Source: Haplodiscus bocki (Eukaryota). From it: a stretch of DNA of 64,000 nucleotides. The DNA lies in contig OZ296649.1 of the NCBI GenBank assembly GCA_965655095.1, positions 36,518,001 through 36,582,000 on the forward strand, written 5' to 3'. A program made the translations under genes and the position numbers. Below the pieces are notes generated by a model. That model did not search any database, was not told the origin of the DNA, and was given only the letters and a program-made list of their open reading frames with translations. This document shows positions 48,801 through 62,600 of the stretch, piece after piece; the first letter of the stretch is position 1, and the number at the start of each line of letters is the position of its first letter.

Positions 48801-51800
48801 CGTTTTAATAGTTTCCTCCTTATAACCGGAAACATAAGGCTTTCACTCAGATTGAATTATTTGAAAGATGGCAGTTCGAACCCTGTTTCATAGTTGCAAT
48901 CAACTTTTCTCGCCTTGTAGTAGAAGTTTGTTTACCTTTTGGTTGAGAATTTCAAAGTTTACAGAAACTTTTCAAGTAATTATTCTCAAACCACGTACTT
49001 AACATTTGAACTTCATATTATCACCAATGAAGAAAAATAAAAATCTTTGAATGTTGACTCACATGGCATTCCGATTTGGCTAGCTGTATTACTTTTGGGT
49101 AGCAGTATGACTTTCGTTAGCCGTATGACTTCCCGTAGCTGTATGGGTTCCCGTAGCTGTATGACTTTTGGGTAGCTGTATCACTTTTGTCTAGCTGTAT
49201 AAATTCTGTGTAGCTGTATAACTTTTGGGTAGATGTTTGACTCTTGTAGAGCTACCTGTGTGACTATTGTATAGGTGATATGTTTTTAGGGCTGAAGAAA
49301 GCTTTGAGTGATTTATTCTCAAACCACGTACTTGACATTTGAACTTCATATTATCACCAATGAAGAAAAAGAAAAATCTTTGAATGTTGACTCACATGGC
49401 ATCCCGATTTGGCTAGCTGTATTACGTTTGGGTAGCAGTATGACTTTCGTTAGCCGTATGACTTCCCGTAGCTGTATGGGTTCCCGTAGCTGTATGACTT
49501 TTGGGTAGCTGTATCACTTTTGTCTAGCTGTATAAATTCTGTGTAGCTGTATAACTTTTGGGTAGATTTTTGACTCTTGTAGAGCTACCTGTGTGACTAT
49601 TGTATAGGTAATATGTTTTTAGGGCTGAAGAAAGCTTTGAGTGGTTTATTCTCAAACCACGTACTTGACATTTGAACTTCATATTATCACCAATGAAGGA
49701 AAATAAAAATCTTTGAATGTTGACTCACATGGCATCCCGATTTGGCTAGCTGTATTACTTTTGGGTAGCAGTACGACTTTCGTTAGCCGTATGACTTCCC
49801 GTAGCTGTATGGGTTCCCGTAGCTGTATGACTTTTGTGTAGCTGTATCACTTTTGCCTATCTGTATAAATTTTGTGTAGCTGTATAACTTTTCGGTAGAT
49901 GTTTGACTCTTGTATAGCTACCTGTGTGACTATTGTGTAGGTAATTTGTTTTTAGGGCTGAAGAAAGCTGGCGGTTTTGAAAATCAGGTTAGGTTAGGTT
50001 AAGAATGCTTGCATTGGTGTTTACATAATGACTTTAAAGAAGAAGCACCGTCCAAATTTGTATAGAGTAAAGTTAGTAGATGCGCGGATGGACGCTTCTT
50101 ATTCAAATAGGTAGCTAAGTAAATAAACTTGAAATACCAGTAGTCTAGCCTAGGCTAGATGTCAATTTTGTCTACAAGCCAGGATTCACCCGCGAAATAC
50201 CAGTTTTGGTCCAGGGATTCACCCGCGAAAAGATTGACATTGACATAATCTTAGGATTGGGGTGCGAAAAACCATGTGAATCCCTATACTACTCACATCG
50301 TTTCAAGTGTTCAGAAGTTTCCCGGTTTGAAGTCGCAGAGCATCTAAGCTCTGAATCGGAAATTATCCGCGATTTCCTGAGCTTCTTTAGAAAGTGCCGT
50401 TCCTATTTCGAGACAGATTTGATTTTCAGGTGAAAAATTTTCTTCGAGGTTAAATAATTACTAACATCACTTCGCGTTTTTTTCTCTTTACTACAGTAAC
50501 AAATAATGTGCTTGTAAAAACGGGTTGTGTCTTCTGCCCAAATGTAGTAACTTACTCCTAAGTTATAGGAATTTTCGGAAAATTATTTGGTGAATAGAAC
50601 ATTATTTAATTCTCTAGTGAATAAAGTGAACTACTTGTTTGTCATTTAAACGAAATTTTTGGGATCGTTTTATGATTTTATCATGTTCTGACTACATTGG
50701 TATACTCAAATAGTGCTGCATAATTTTTGAAATAAAAGTCAGCTTTGACAAGAAATAATTCGAAAACTAATTGCATTAGACGAAAGTCATCGAAACTAAA
50801 GATTCCTAAACTTTGCGAACAATTGATTTAGTTATAGTTTCAACTTTTGTTCCGAAGTCTATTAACTCTTCTAAAAAAAACAGAAAAAAACTTCCTATTT
50901 AAGTCGATCTTTTGAGGTTTTTTTCTTGATGACAACCGACTGGATTACAACCTTAGTCGCGTATCATCTGAACCTGTGTCTCGAAAATATTGCAGCTTTT
51001 CCTCAACGTATTGTTCGTCGAAGTTGTGTTTTTTCATGACTAATTTCGGAGTTTGTCAGATCATGGCCGATTCGCTTTATGTCTCGCTGGATGACTTCCG
51101 AAGTATCCGAAACGGATTTTTTCAAACTTTCTTCCGACGAATTTCTAGGTTTCAATTAATCTAGGTTTTTTGTCGGACGAGTTTGCAATGAGTCTTCATC
51201 GCTTTCTGTCTCTGTTGTTTAATACACGAGCGAGAAAGTGAAGCGAAGTGTTTCACGGACGGCTTTCGTTTTTCCCGTTGTGCGTCTCCATTTTGAATTT
51301 CTGTTAAAGTCTTGGTCACACAGAAGTTGCTAATGCGCTTTCTTTCTTAGAAATCATCCTTCAATCCGCTCCACGAGCTGTCGTAAAGTTCTTCAAGTGC
51401 ACGTGGCCTAATAATCATCTTTTTTTTTGGTTCAAATAAACTACAGTTCTTTTGAAAAGGCTTGTGATTACCAAATTACTAATCGGAGACGGATTTTTTT
51501 GGTCGTGTTTTGCCAAAGGTTGTTTACTTGAAAACTGATGAAGTCCAAATAAATCCAGCATTACACAACACAGATCGAGTGAGAGCCGGTATAAGAGCCC
51601 CGAGGATGACAATACTAGGTGTTGTGCGGTTCCGGAATCACCATGAAAGTGACCTTTGTGACAGTTATGTCTAGTTTTTTGGTTTTGAAATGATGATCTG
51701 AAACTAGCACAGATTACAGATGATCAATAACAAGATTAATCGATAAAAAAGAGGATTGAAAACCGTCCTGGAGCGTTATAGATAGTTGGGTATGGCTTTA

Positions 51801-52083
51801 TTATCCAAAAAAATTACCGTCTACAGGATATCTTAACTCCTAATAATTTCAATTGAATAACTAATCAGGAAATAATTTATAGGACTTGATTGATTTCCGA
51901 CGTTGTGGTAGGCAGGCAATGCAAATAGTCATCTACAAAAGGACCATTCAAAACTGCCAAAAGACTCGATTTTTAAGTTGAAGGTTGCTAGGGGAGTTGT
52001 TGAAAAAAAATGATTAGGTGAACATATAAATAAATTGAGCTTGACACTTACAAAAGATGTACAGATCCGAAGTATCCATTAAA

Positions 52084-52523
52084 TCAGTCCGTAAAATGAA
52101 CGGCATCAAGTTTTTGAAGCACATAGCATATAGCACAAGCTAAGTTCAAGTGATATCTATTGAAATCTCACTTGGTGCTTAAAACACAATCTTCGATTCC
52201 TGCCGATCGTAGAAGGTTTTTTGCAATGGGATGGCCTTCCATTCCTACTCCCTCCGGTGCAGGGTTGATAATGACCTTCACATGTTCACGCTTTGCCGTT
52301 ACCCTGAATGGGACTGTTCTCAAATTGCCGTAGACCCATCTTCCGCGTACCACTCTGAATTTTTTCACAAAAGCGGTGGTTGTTGCCCCACTGATTGCCC
52401 GCTCTTTAGTCTTCTTGGTTTTTTTTGACCCTTCCCGAACCAGCCATCTTTGTCACCTCACGCCACGACAGCTTTCTATCTGGTTCTTATAGTCCCGTCA
52501 GGTCGCATATTTTGTAAAGGCAT
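52084..52523 (-). pseudogene. uS5-like copy 8
   Basis: Same lesions as copy 7. Confidence 0.8.
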
Positions 52524-55500
52524 CGTTTTAATAGTTTCCTCCTTATAACCGGAAACATAAGGCTTTCACTCAGATTGAATTATTTGAAAGATGGCAGTTC
52601 GAACCCTGTTTCATAGTTGCAATCAACTTTTCTCGCCTTGTAGTAGAAGTTTGTTTACCTTTTGGTTGAGAATTTCAAAGTTTACAGAAACTTTTCAAGT
52701 AATTATTCTCAAACCACGTACTTAACATTTGAACTTCATATTATCACCAATGAAGAAAAATAAAAATCTTTGAATGTTGACTCACATGGCATTCCGATTT
52801 GGCTAGCTGTATTACTTTTGGGTAGCAGTATGACTTTCGTTAGCCGTATGACTTCCCGTAGCTGTATGGGTTCCCGTAGCTGTATGACTTTTGGGTAGCT
52901 GTATCACTTTTGTCTAGCTGTATAAATTCTGTGTAGCTGTATAACTTTTGGGTAGATGTTTGACTCTTGTAGAGCTACCTGTGTGACTATTGTATAGGTG
53001 ATATGTTTTTAGGGCTGAAGAAAGCTTTGAGTGATTTATTCTCAAACCACGTACTTGACATTTGAACTTCATATTATCACCAATGAAGAAAAAGAAAAAT
53101 CTTTGAATGTTGACTCACATGGCATCCCGATTTGGCTAGCTGTATTACGTTTGGGTAGCAGTATGACTTTCGTTAGCCGTATGACTTCCCGTAGCTGTAT
53201 GGGTTCCCGTAGCTGTATGACTTTTGGGTAGCTGTATCACTTTTGTCTAGCTGTATAAATTCTGTGTAGCTGTATAACTTTTGGGTAGATTTTTGACTCT
53301 TGTAGAGCTACCTGTGTGACTATTGTATAGGTAATATGTTTTTAGGGCTGAAGAAAGCTTTGAGTGGTTTATTCTCAAACCACGTACTTGACATTTGAAC
53401 TTCATATTATCACCAATGAAGGAAAATAAAAATCTTTGAATGTTGACTCACATGGCATCCCGATTTGGCTAGCTGTATTACTTTTGGGTAGCAGTACGAC
53501 TTTCGTTAGCCGTATGACTTCCCGTAGCTGTATGGGTTCCCGTAGCTGTATGACTTTTGTGTAGCTGTATCACTTTTGCCTATCTGTATAAATTTTGTGT
53601 AGCTGTATAACTTTTCGGTAGATGTTTGACTCTTGTATAGCTACCTGTGTGACTATTGTGTAGGTAATTTGTTTTTAGGGCTGAAGAAAGCTGGCGGTTT
53701 TGAAAATCAGGTTAGGTTAGGTTAAGAATGCTTGCATTGGTGTTTACATAATGACTTTAAAGAAGAAGCACCGTCCAAATTTGTATAGAGTAAAGTTAGT
53801 AGATGCGCGGATGGACGCTTCTTATTCAAATAGGTAGCTAAGTAAATAAACTTGAAATACCAGTAGTCTAGCCTAGGCTAGATGTCAATTTTGTCTACAA
53901 GCCAGGATTCACCCGCGAAATACCAGTTTTGGTCCAGGGATTCACCCGCGAAAAGATTGACATAATCTTAGGATTGGGGTGCGAATGACCATGTGAATCC
54001 CTATACTACTCACATCGTTTCAAGTGTTCAGAAGTTTCCCGGTTTGAAGTCGCAGAGCATCTAAGCTCTGAATCGGAAATTATCCGCGATTTCCTGAGCT
54101 TCTTTAGAAAGTGCCGTTCCTATTTCGAGACAGATTTGATTTTCAGGTGAAAAATTTTCTTCGAGGTTAAATAATTACTAACATCACTTCGCGTTTTTTT
54201 TCTCTTTACTAAACTAACAAATATTGTGCTTGTAAAAATGGGTTGTGTCTTCTACCCAGATGTAGTAACTTACCCCTAAGTTTTAGGAATTTTTGGAAAA
54301 TTATTTGGTGAATAGAACATTATTTAATTCTTTAGTGAATAAAGTGAACTACTTGTTTGTCATTTAAACGAAATTTTTGGGATCGTTTTATGATTTGATC
54401 ATGTTCTGACTACATTGGTATACTCAAATAGTGCTGCATAATATTTGAAATAAAAGTCAGCTTTGACAAGAAATAATTCGAAAACTATTTGCATTAGACG
54501 AAAGTCATCGAAACTAAAGATTCCTAAACTTTGCAAACAATTGTTTTAGTTGTAGTTTCAACTTTTGTTCTGAAGTCTATTAACTCTTCTCTAAAAAACA
54601 GAAAAAAAGTTCCCATTTATGTCGTTCTTTCGAGGTGCTTTTCTTGATGATAACCGACTGGATTACAACCTTAGTCGCGTATTATCTGAACCTGTGTCTC
54701 GAAAATATTGCAGCTTTTCCTGAACGTATTGTTCGTCGAAGTTGTGTTTTTTCATGACTAATTTCGGAGTTTGTCAGATCATGGCCGATTCGCTTTATGT
54801 CTCGCTGGATGACTCCCGAAGTATCCGAAACGGATTTTTTCAAACTTTCTTACGACGAATTTCTAGGTTTCAATTTAGGTTTTTTGTCGGACGAGTTTGG
54901 AATGAGTCTTCATCGCATTCTGTCTCTGTTGTTTAATACACGAGCGAGAAAGTGAAGCGAAGTGTTTCACGGACGGCTTTCGTTTTTTCCCGTTGTGCGT
55001 CTCCACTTTGAATTTCTGTTAAATTCTTGGTCACACAGAATTTGCTAATGCGCTTTCTTTCTTAGAAATCATCCTTCAATCCGCTCCACGACCTGTCGTA
55101 AAGTTCTTCAACTGCACGTGGCCTAATAATCATCTTTTTTTGGTTCAAATAAACTACAGTTCTTTTGAAATGGCTTTTGATTACCAAATTAGTAATCGGA
55201 GACGGATTTTTTTGGTCGTGTTTTGCCAAAGGTTGTTTACTTGAAAACTGATGAAGTCCAAATAATTCCAGCTTTACACAACACAGATCGAGTGAGAGCC
55301 GGTATAAGAGCCCCGAGGATGACAATACTAGGTGTTGTGCGGTTCCGGAAACACCATGAAGGTGACCTTTGTGACAGTTATCTGTCTAGTTTTTTGGTTT
55401 TGAAATGATGATCTGAAACTAGCACAGGTTACAGATGAATAATAAGATTAATCGATAAAAAAACAGGATTGAAAACCGTCCTGGAGCGTTATAGATTGTT

Positions 55501-55797
55501 GGGTATGACTTTAGTATCCAAAAAAAATTACCGTCTACAGGATATCTTAACTCCTAATAATTTCAATTGAATAACTAATCAGGAAATAATTTATAGGACT
55601 TGATTGATTTCCGACGTTGTGGTAGGCAGGCAATGCAAATAGTCATCTACAAAAGGACCATTCAAAACTGCCAAAAGACTCGATTTTTAAGTTGAAGGTT
55701 GCTGGGGGAGTTGTTGAAAAAAAATGATTAGGTGAACATATAAATAAATTGAGCTTGACACTTACAAAAGATGTACAGATCCGAAGTATCCATTAAA

Positions 55798-56236
55798 TCA
55801 GTCCGTAAAATGAACGGCATCAAGTTTTTGAAGCACATAGCATATAGCACAAGCTAAGTTCAAGTGATATCTATTGAAATCTCACTTGGTGCTTAAAACA
55901 CAATCTTCGATTCCTGCCGATCGTAGAAGGTTTTTTGCAATGGGATGGCCTTCCATTCCTACTCCCTCCGCTGCAGGGTTGATAATGACCTTCAGATGTT
56001 CACACTTTGCCGTTACCCTGAATGGGACTGTTCTCAAATTGCCGTAGACCCAGCTTCCGCGTACCACTCTGAATTTTTTCACAAAAGCGGTGGTTGTTGC
56101 CCCACTGATTGCCAGCTCTTTAGTCCTCTTGGTTTTTTTGACCCTTCCCGAACCAGCCATCTTTGTCACCTCTCGCCACGACAGCTTTGTATCTAGTTCT
56201 TATAGTCCCGTCAGGTCGCATATTTTGTAAAGGCAT
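55798..56236 (-). pseudogene. uS5-like copy 9
   Basis: Homopolymer frameshift and TGA after STK. Confidence 0.8.
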
Positions 56237-59200
56237 CGTTTTAATAGTTTCCTCCTTATAACCGGAAACATAAGGCTTTCACCCAGATTGAATTATTTGA
56301 AAGATGGCAGTTCGAACCCTGTTTCATAGTTGCAATCAACTTTTCTCGCCTTGTAGTAGAAGTTTGTTTACCTTTTGGTTGAGAATTTCAAAGTTTACAG
56401 AAACTTTTCAAGTAATTATTCTCAAACCACGTACTTAACATTTGAACATCATATTATCACCAATTAAGAAAAAGAAAAATCTTTGAATGTTGACTCACAT
56501 GGCATCCCGATTTGGCTGGCTGTATTACTTTTGGGTAGCAGTATGACTTTCGTTAGCCGTATGACTTTCAGTAGCTGTATGGGTTCCCGTAGCTGTATGA
56601 CTTTTGGGTAGCTGTATCACTTTTGTCTAGCTGTATAAATTCTGTGTAGCGGTATAAATTTTGGGTAGATGTTTGACTCTTGTAGAGCTACCTGTGTGAC
56701 TATTGTATAGGTAATATGTTTTTAGGGCTGAAGAAAGCTTTGAGTGATTTATTCTCAAACCACGTACTTGATATTTGAACTTCATATTATCACCAATGAA
56801 GAAAAAGAAAAATCTTTGAATGTTGACTCACATGGCATCCCGATTTGGCTAGCTGTATTACTTTTGGGTAGCAGTATGACTTTCGTTAGCCGTATGACTT
56901 CCCGTAGCTGTATGGGTTCCCGTAGCTGTATGACTTTTGTGTAGCTGTATCACTTTTGTCTAGCGGTATAAATTTTGTGTAGCTGTATAACTTTTGGGTA
57001 GATGTTTGACTCTTGTATAGCTACCTGTGTGACTATTGTGTAGGTAATATGTTTTTAGGGCTGAAGAAAGCTGGCGGTTTTGAAAATCAGGTTAGGTCGG
57101 GTTAAAAATGCTTGCATTGGTGTTTACATAATGACTAAAGAAGAAGCACCATCCAAATTTGAATAGAGTGAAGTTAGTAGATGCGCGGATGGACGCTTCT
57201 TCTTCAACTAGGTCGCTAAGTAAATAAACTTGAAATACCAGTAGTCTAGCCTAGGCTAGACGTCAATTTTGTTTACAAGCCAGGATTCACCCGCGAAATA
57301 CCAGTTTTGGTCCAGGGATTCACCCGCGAAAAGATTGACATAATCTTAGCATTGGGGTGCGAAAAACCATGTGAATCCATATACTACTCACATCGTTTCA
57401 AGTGTTCAGAAGTTTCCCGGTTTGAAGTCGCAGAGCATCTAAGCTCTGAATCGGAATTTATCCGCGATTTCCTGAGCTTCTATAGAAAGTGCCGTTCCTA
57501 TTTCGAGACAGATTTGATTTTCAGGTGAAAAATTTTCTTCGAGGTTAAATAATTACTAACGTCACTTCGCGTTTTTTTCTCTTTACTAAACTAACAAATA
57601 ATGTGCTTGTAAAAACGGGTTGTGTCTTCCGCCCAGATGTGGTAACTTACTCCTAAGTTATAGGAGTTTTTGGAAAATTATTTGGTGAATAGAACATTAT
57701 TCAATTCTTTAGTGAATGAAATGAACTACTTGTTTGTCATTTAAACGAAATTTTTGGGATCGTTTTATGATTTTATCAAATTCTGACTACATTGGTATAC
57801 TCAAATAGTGCTGCATCAAATTTGAAATAAAAGTCAGCTATCAAGAAATAATTCGAAAACTATTTGCATTAGACGAAAGTCATCGAAACCAAAGATTCCT
57901 GAATTTTGCAAACAACTGTTTTTGTTATAGTTTCAACTTTTGTTCTGAAGTCTATTAACTCTTCTAAAAAAAACAGAAAAAAAGTTCCTATTTAAGTGGT
58001 TCTTTTGAGGTGCTTTTCTTGATGACAACCGACTGGATTAAATCCATCAGACGCGGACTCAAACTACTCGCTGCCTGTAACTTCTGAAAAGGAGCCCAGA
58101 TAATGTTTTTCAACCTTAGTCGCGTATTATCTGAACCTGTGTCTCGAAAATATTGCAGCTTTTCCTGAACGTATTGTTCGTCGAAGTTGTGTTTTTTCAT
58201 GACTAATTTCGGAGTTTGTCAGATCATGGCCGATTCGCTTTATGTCTCGCTGGATGACTTCCGAAGTATCCGAAACGGATTTTTTCAAACTTTCTTTCGA
58301 CGTATTTCTAGGTTTCAATTAATTTAGGTTTTTTGTCGGACGAGTTTGCAATGAGTCTTCATCGCATTCTGTCTCTGTTTTTTAATACACGAGCGAGAAA
58401 GTGAAGCGAAGTGTTTCACGGACGGCTTTCGTTTTTTCCCTTTGTGCGTCTCCACTTTGAATTTCTGTTAAATTCTTGGTCACACAGAAGTTGCTAATGC
58501 GCTTTCTTTCTTAAAAATCATCCTTCAATCCGCTCCACGACCTGTCGTAAAGTTCTTCAAGTGCCATGGCCTAATAATCATCTTTTTTTTGGTTCAAATA
58601 AACTACAGTTCTTTTGAAAAGGCTTGTGATTACCAAATTAGTAATCGGAGACGGATTTTTTTGGTCGTGTTTTGCCAAAGGTTGTTTACTTGAAAACTGA
58701 TGAAGTCAAAATAATTCCAGCCTTACGCAACACAGATCGAGTGAGAGCCGGTATAAGAGCCCCGAGGATGACAATACTAGGTGTTGTGCGGTTCCGGAAT
58801 CACCATGAAAGTGACCTTTGTGACAGTTATGTCTAGTTTTTTGGTTTTGAAATGATGATCTGAAACTAGCACAGGTTACAGATGAATAATAACAAGATTA
58901 ATCGATAAAAAAACAGGATTGAAAACCGTCCTGGAGCGTTATAGATGGTTGGGTATGGCTTTATTATCCAAAAAAATTACCGTCTACAGGATATCTTAAC
59001 TCCTAATAATTTCAATTGAATAACTAATCAGGAAATAATTTATAGGACTTGATTGATTTCCGACGTTGTGGTAGGCAGGCAATGCAAATAGTCATCTACA
59101 AAAGGACCATTCAAAACTGCCAAAAGACTCGATTTTTAAGTTGAAGGTTGCTGGGGGAGTTGTTGGAAAAAAATGATTAGGTGAACATATAAATAAATTG

Positions 59201-59246
59201 AGCTTGACACTTACAAAAGATGTACAGATCCGAAGTATCCATTAAA

Positions 59247-59685
59247 TCAGTCCGTAAAATGAACGGCATCAAGTTTTTGAAGCACATAGCATATAGCACA
59301 AGCTAAGTTCAAGTGATATCTATTGAAATCTCACTTGGTGCTTAAAACACAATCTTCGATTCCTGCCGATCGTAGAAGGTTTTTTGCAATGGGATGGCCT
59401 TCCATTCCTACTCCCTCCGCTGCAGGGTTGATAATGACCTTCAGATGTTCACACTTTGCCGTTACCCTGAATGGGACTGTTCTCAAATTGCCGTAGACCC
59501 AGCTTCCGCGTACCACTCTGAATTTTTTCACAAAAGCGGTGGTTGTTGCCCCACTGATTGCCAGCTCTTTAGTCCTCTTGGTTTTTTTGACCCTTCCCGA
59601 ACCAGCCATCTTTGTCACCTCTCGCCACGACAGCTTTGTATCTAGTTCTTATAGTCCCGTCAGGTCGCATATTTTGTAAAGGCAT
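59247..59685 (-). pseudogene. uS5-like copy 10
   Basis: Same lesions as copy 9. Confidence 0.8.
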
Positions 59686-62600
59686 CGTTTTAATAATTTC
59701 CTCCTTATAACCGGAAACAAGGCTTTCACTCAGATGGAATTATTTGAAAGATGGCAGTTCGAACCCTGTTTCATAGTTGCAATCAACTTTTCTCGCCTTG
59801 TAGTAGAAGTTTGTTTACCTTTTGGTTGAGATTTTCAAAGTTTTCAGAAACTTTTCAAGTATTTATTCTCAAACCACGTACTTAACATTTGAACTTCATA
59901 TTATCACCAATGAAGAAAAAGAAAAATCTTTGAATGTTGACTTAATGGCATCCCGATTTGGCTACCTGTATTACTTTTGGGTAGCAGTATGACTTTCGTT
60001 AGCTGTATGACTTCCCGTAGCTGTATGACTTTTGGGTAGCTGTATCACTTTTGTCTATCTGTATAAATTTTGTGTAGCTGTATAACTTTTCGGTAGATGT
60101 TTGACTCTTGTATAGCTACCTGTGTGACTATTGTGTAGGTAATTTGTTTTTAGGGCTGAAGAAAGCTGGCGGTTTTTAAAATCAGGTTGGGTTAGCTTAA
60201 GAATGCTTGCATTGGTGTTGACATAATGACTTTGAAGAAGAAGCACCGTCCAAATTTGAATAGAGTAAAGTTAGTAGATGCGCGGATGGACGCTTCTTCT
60301 TCAACTAGGTAGCTAAGTAAATAAACTTGAAATACCAGTAGTCTAGCCTAGGCTAGATGTCAATTTTGTTTACAAGCCAGGATTCAACCGCGAAATACCA
60401 GTTTTGGTCCAGGGATTCACCCGCGAAAAGATTGATATAATCTTAGGATTGGGGTGCGAAAAACCATGTGAATCCCTATACTACTCACATCGTTTCAAGT
60501 GTTCAGAAGTTTCACGGTTTGAAGTCGCAGAGCATCTAAGCTCTGAATCGGAAATTATCCGCGATTTCCTGAGCTTCTTTAGAAAGTGCCGTTCCTATTT
60601 CGAGACAGATTTGATTTTAAGGTGAAAAATTTTCTTCGAGGTTAAATAATTACTAACGTCACTTCGCGTTTTTTTTCTCTTTACTAAACTAACAAATATT
60701 GTGCTTGTAAAAATGGGTTGTGTCTTCTACCCAGATGTAGTAACTTAGCCCTAAGTTTTAGGAATTTTTGGAAAATTATTTGGTGAATAGAACATTATTT
60801 AATTCTTTAGTGAATAAAGTGAACTACTTGTTTGTCATTTAAACGAAATTTTTGGGATCGTTTTATGATTTGATCATGTTCTGCCTACATTGGTATACTC
60901 AAATAGTGCTGCATCAAAACTGACTTAAAAGTCAGCTTTGACAAGAAATAATTCGAAAACTATTTGCATTAGACGAAAGTCATCGAAATTAAAGATTCCT
61001 AAATTTTGCAAACAACTGTTTTAGTTATAGTTTCAACTTTTGTTCTTAAGTCTATTAACTGTTCTAAAACACAGGAAAAAAGTTCCTATTTAAGTCGTCT
61101 TTTGAGGTGTTTATCTTGATGACAACCGACTGGATTAAATCCATCAGACGCGGACTCAAACTACGCGCTGCCTATAACTTCTGAAAAGGAGCCCAGATAA
61201 TGTTTTTCAACCTTAGTCGCGTATTATCTGAACCTGTGTCTCGAAAATATTGCAGCTTTTCCTGAACGTATTGTTCGTCGAAGTTGTGTTTTTTCATGAC
61301 TAATTTCGGAGTTTGTCAGATCATGGCCGATTCGCTTTATGTCTCGCTGGATGACTTCCGAAGTATCCGAAACGGATTTTTTCAAACTTTCTTTCGACGA
61401 ATTTCTAGGTTTCAATTAATTTAGGTTTTTTGTCGGACGAGTTTGCAATGACTCTTCATCGCATTCGGTCTCTGTTGTTTAATACACGAGCGAGAAAGTG
61501 ACGCGAAGTGTTTCACGGACGGCTTTCGTTTTTTCCCGTTGTGCGTCTCCACTTTGAATTTCTGTTAAGTTCTTGGTCACACAGTTGCTAATGCGCTTTC
61601 TTTCTTAGAAATCATCCTTCAATCCGCTCCACGACCTGTCGTAAAGTTCTTCAGGTGCACGTGGCCTAATAATCATCTTTTTTTGGTTCAAATAAACTAC
61701 AGTTCTTTTGAAATGGCTTGTGATTACCAAATTAGTAATCGGAGACGGATTTTTTTTGGTCGTGTTTTGCCAAAGGTTGTTTACTTGAAAACTGGTGTTC
61801 CTATTGATTCCATCCGGTGTTGACAATTGCAAGTTTCGAGTGGCTTCTGACATGAAACGTTGGTTTTGTATCTTGAACTTTTAGAGCGAAATAATGTAAC
61901 TTGTGTTTGAAAATTTTTGTTTTGCTGGTGTGTTTCGCCAATTGCAGTTGTTGACGCCACTGGCAAAACTATTAGAAGAACCATACCTAAATAATGACAC
62001 TCGAACAAACGTGTAGCTTTCATTGTCGTGATTCGGTAAAATCAACGCGACAACGATTAAGTCTTGGTTGCGTTTTCATAGGTGGCACATTATATGCAAG
62101 CCCCTCCCTGCTTGTATGTAGTAGACCGATTTATACGGTACTTGGCATGCATGCTGGAGCACGTGTGATTTTATGTGAGCGAACTCAGAAACCACGACCC
62201 TCTCAGTCCTCTGAATTTTTGGCACCTAAACTCACCCACGTGCATATTTGGCAATTAGTTATCGATGTTATTCAGGCAGTTATCTAAATATAATACTTCG
62301 CATTGCTTGTACCATTTTCACTAGAGCTAATTCCTATGCTCGATATACTTCTCCATTAACCAGAGCGATGCTACATGTACCACACGATCCCTTAACTTAC
62401 CTCTTGCTTGAGTGATAACGACTATTCGGAAATTATAGTGCTTGTAAATATTATTGATTAATTTACTTACTTTGATGTGTCCTTGAATGCTTACTCACAT
62501 GCGCCACGTGTTTATGCTACACACGCATGCAGTTCAAGGTCATTCGATCGATTCTTTAATGTTCCTCTCGATTGATCTGAAGTTATTTTGTCTCAGTTAG

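Larger units (their letters stand above)
33266..61794. repeat. Tandem array of nine units of 2.8-3.7 kb (uS5-like gene + right TIR + TSD + about 1.3 kb host flank)
   Basis: Units start at 33266, 36395, 39514, 42283, 45051, 47815, 51538, 55251 and 58700, with junction GAAAACTG|ATGAAGTC. TIR ends at 35086, 38205, 41030, 43801, 46570, 50293, 54010, 57388 and 60485. Unique sequence resumes after 61794. Confidence 0.95.

Noticed and set aside
33266-61794. Array as tandem independent Polinton or MITE insertions
   Set aside because: Only right TIRs are present, all followed by the same CACATC and the same flank; there are no matching left ends.
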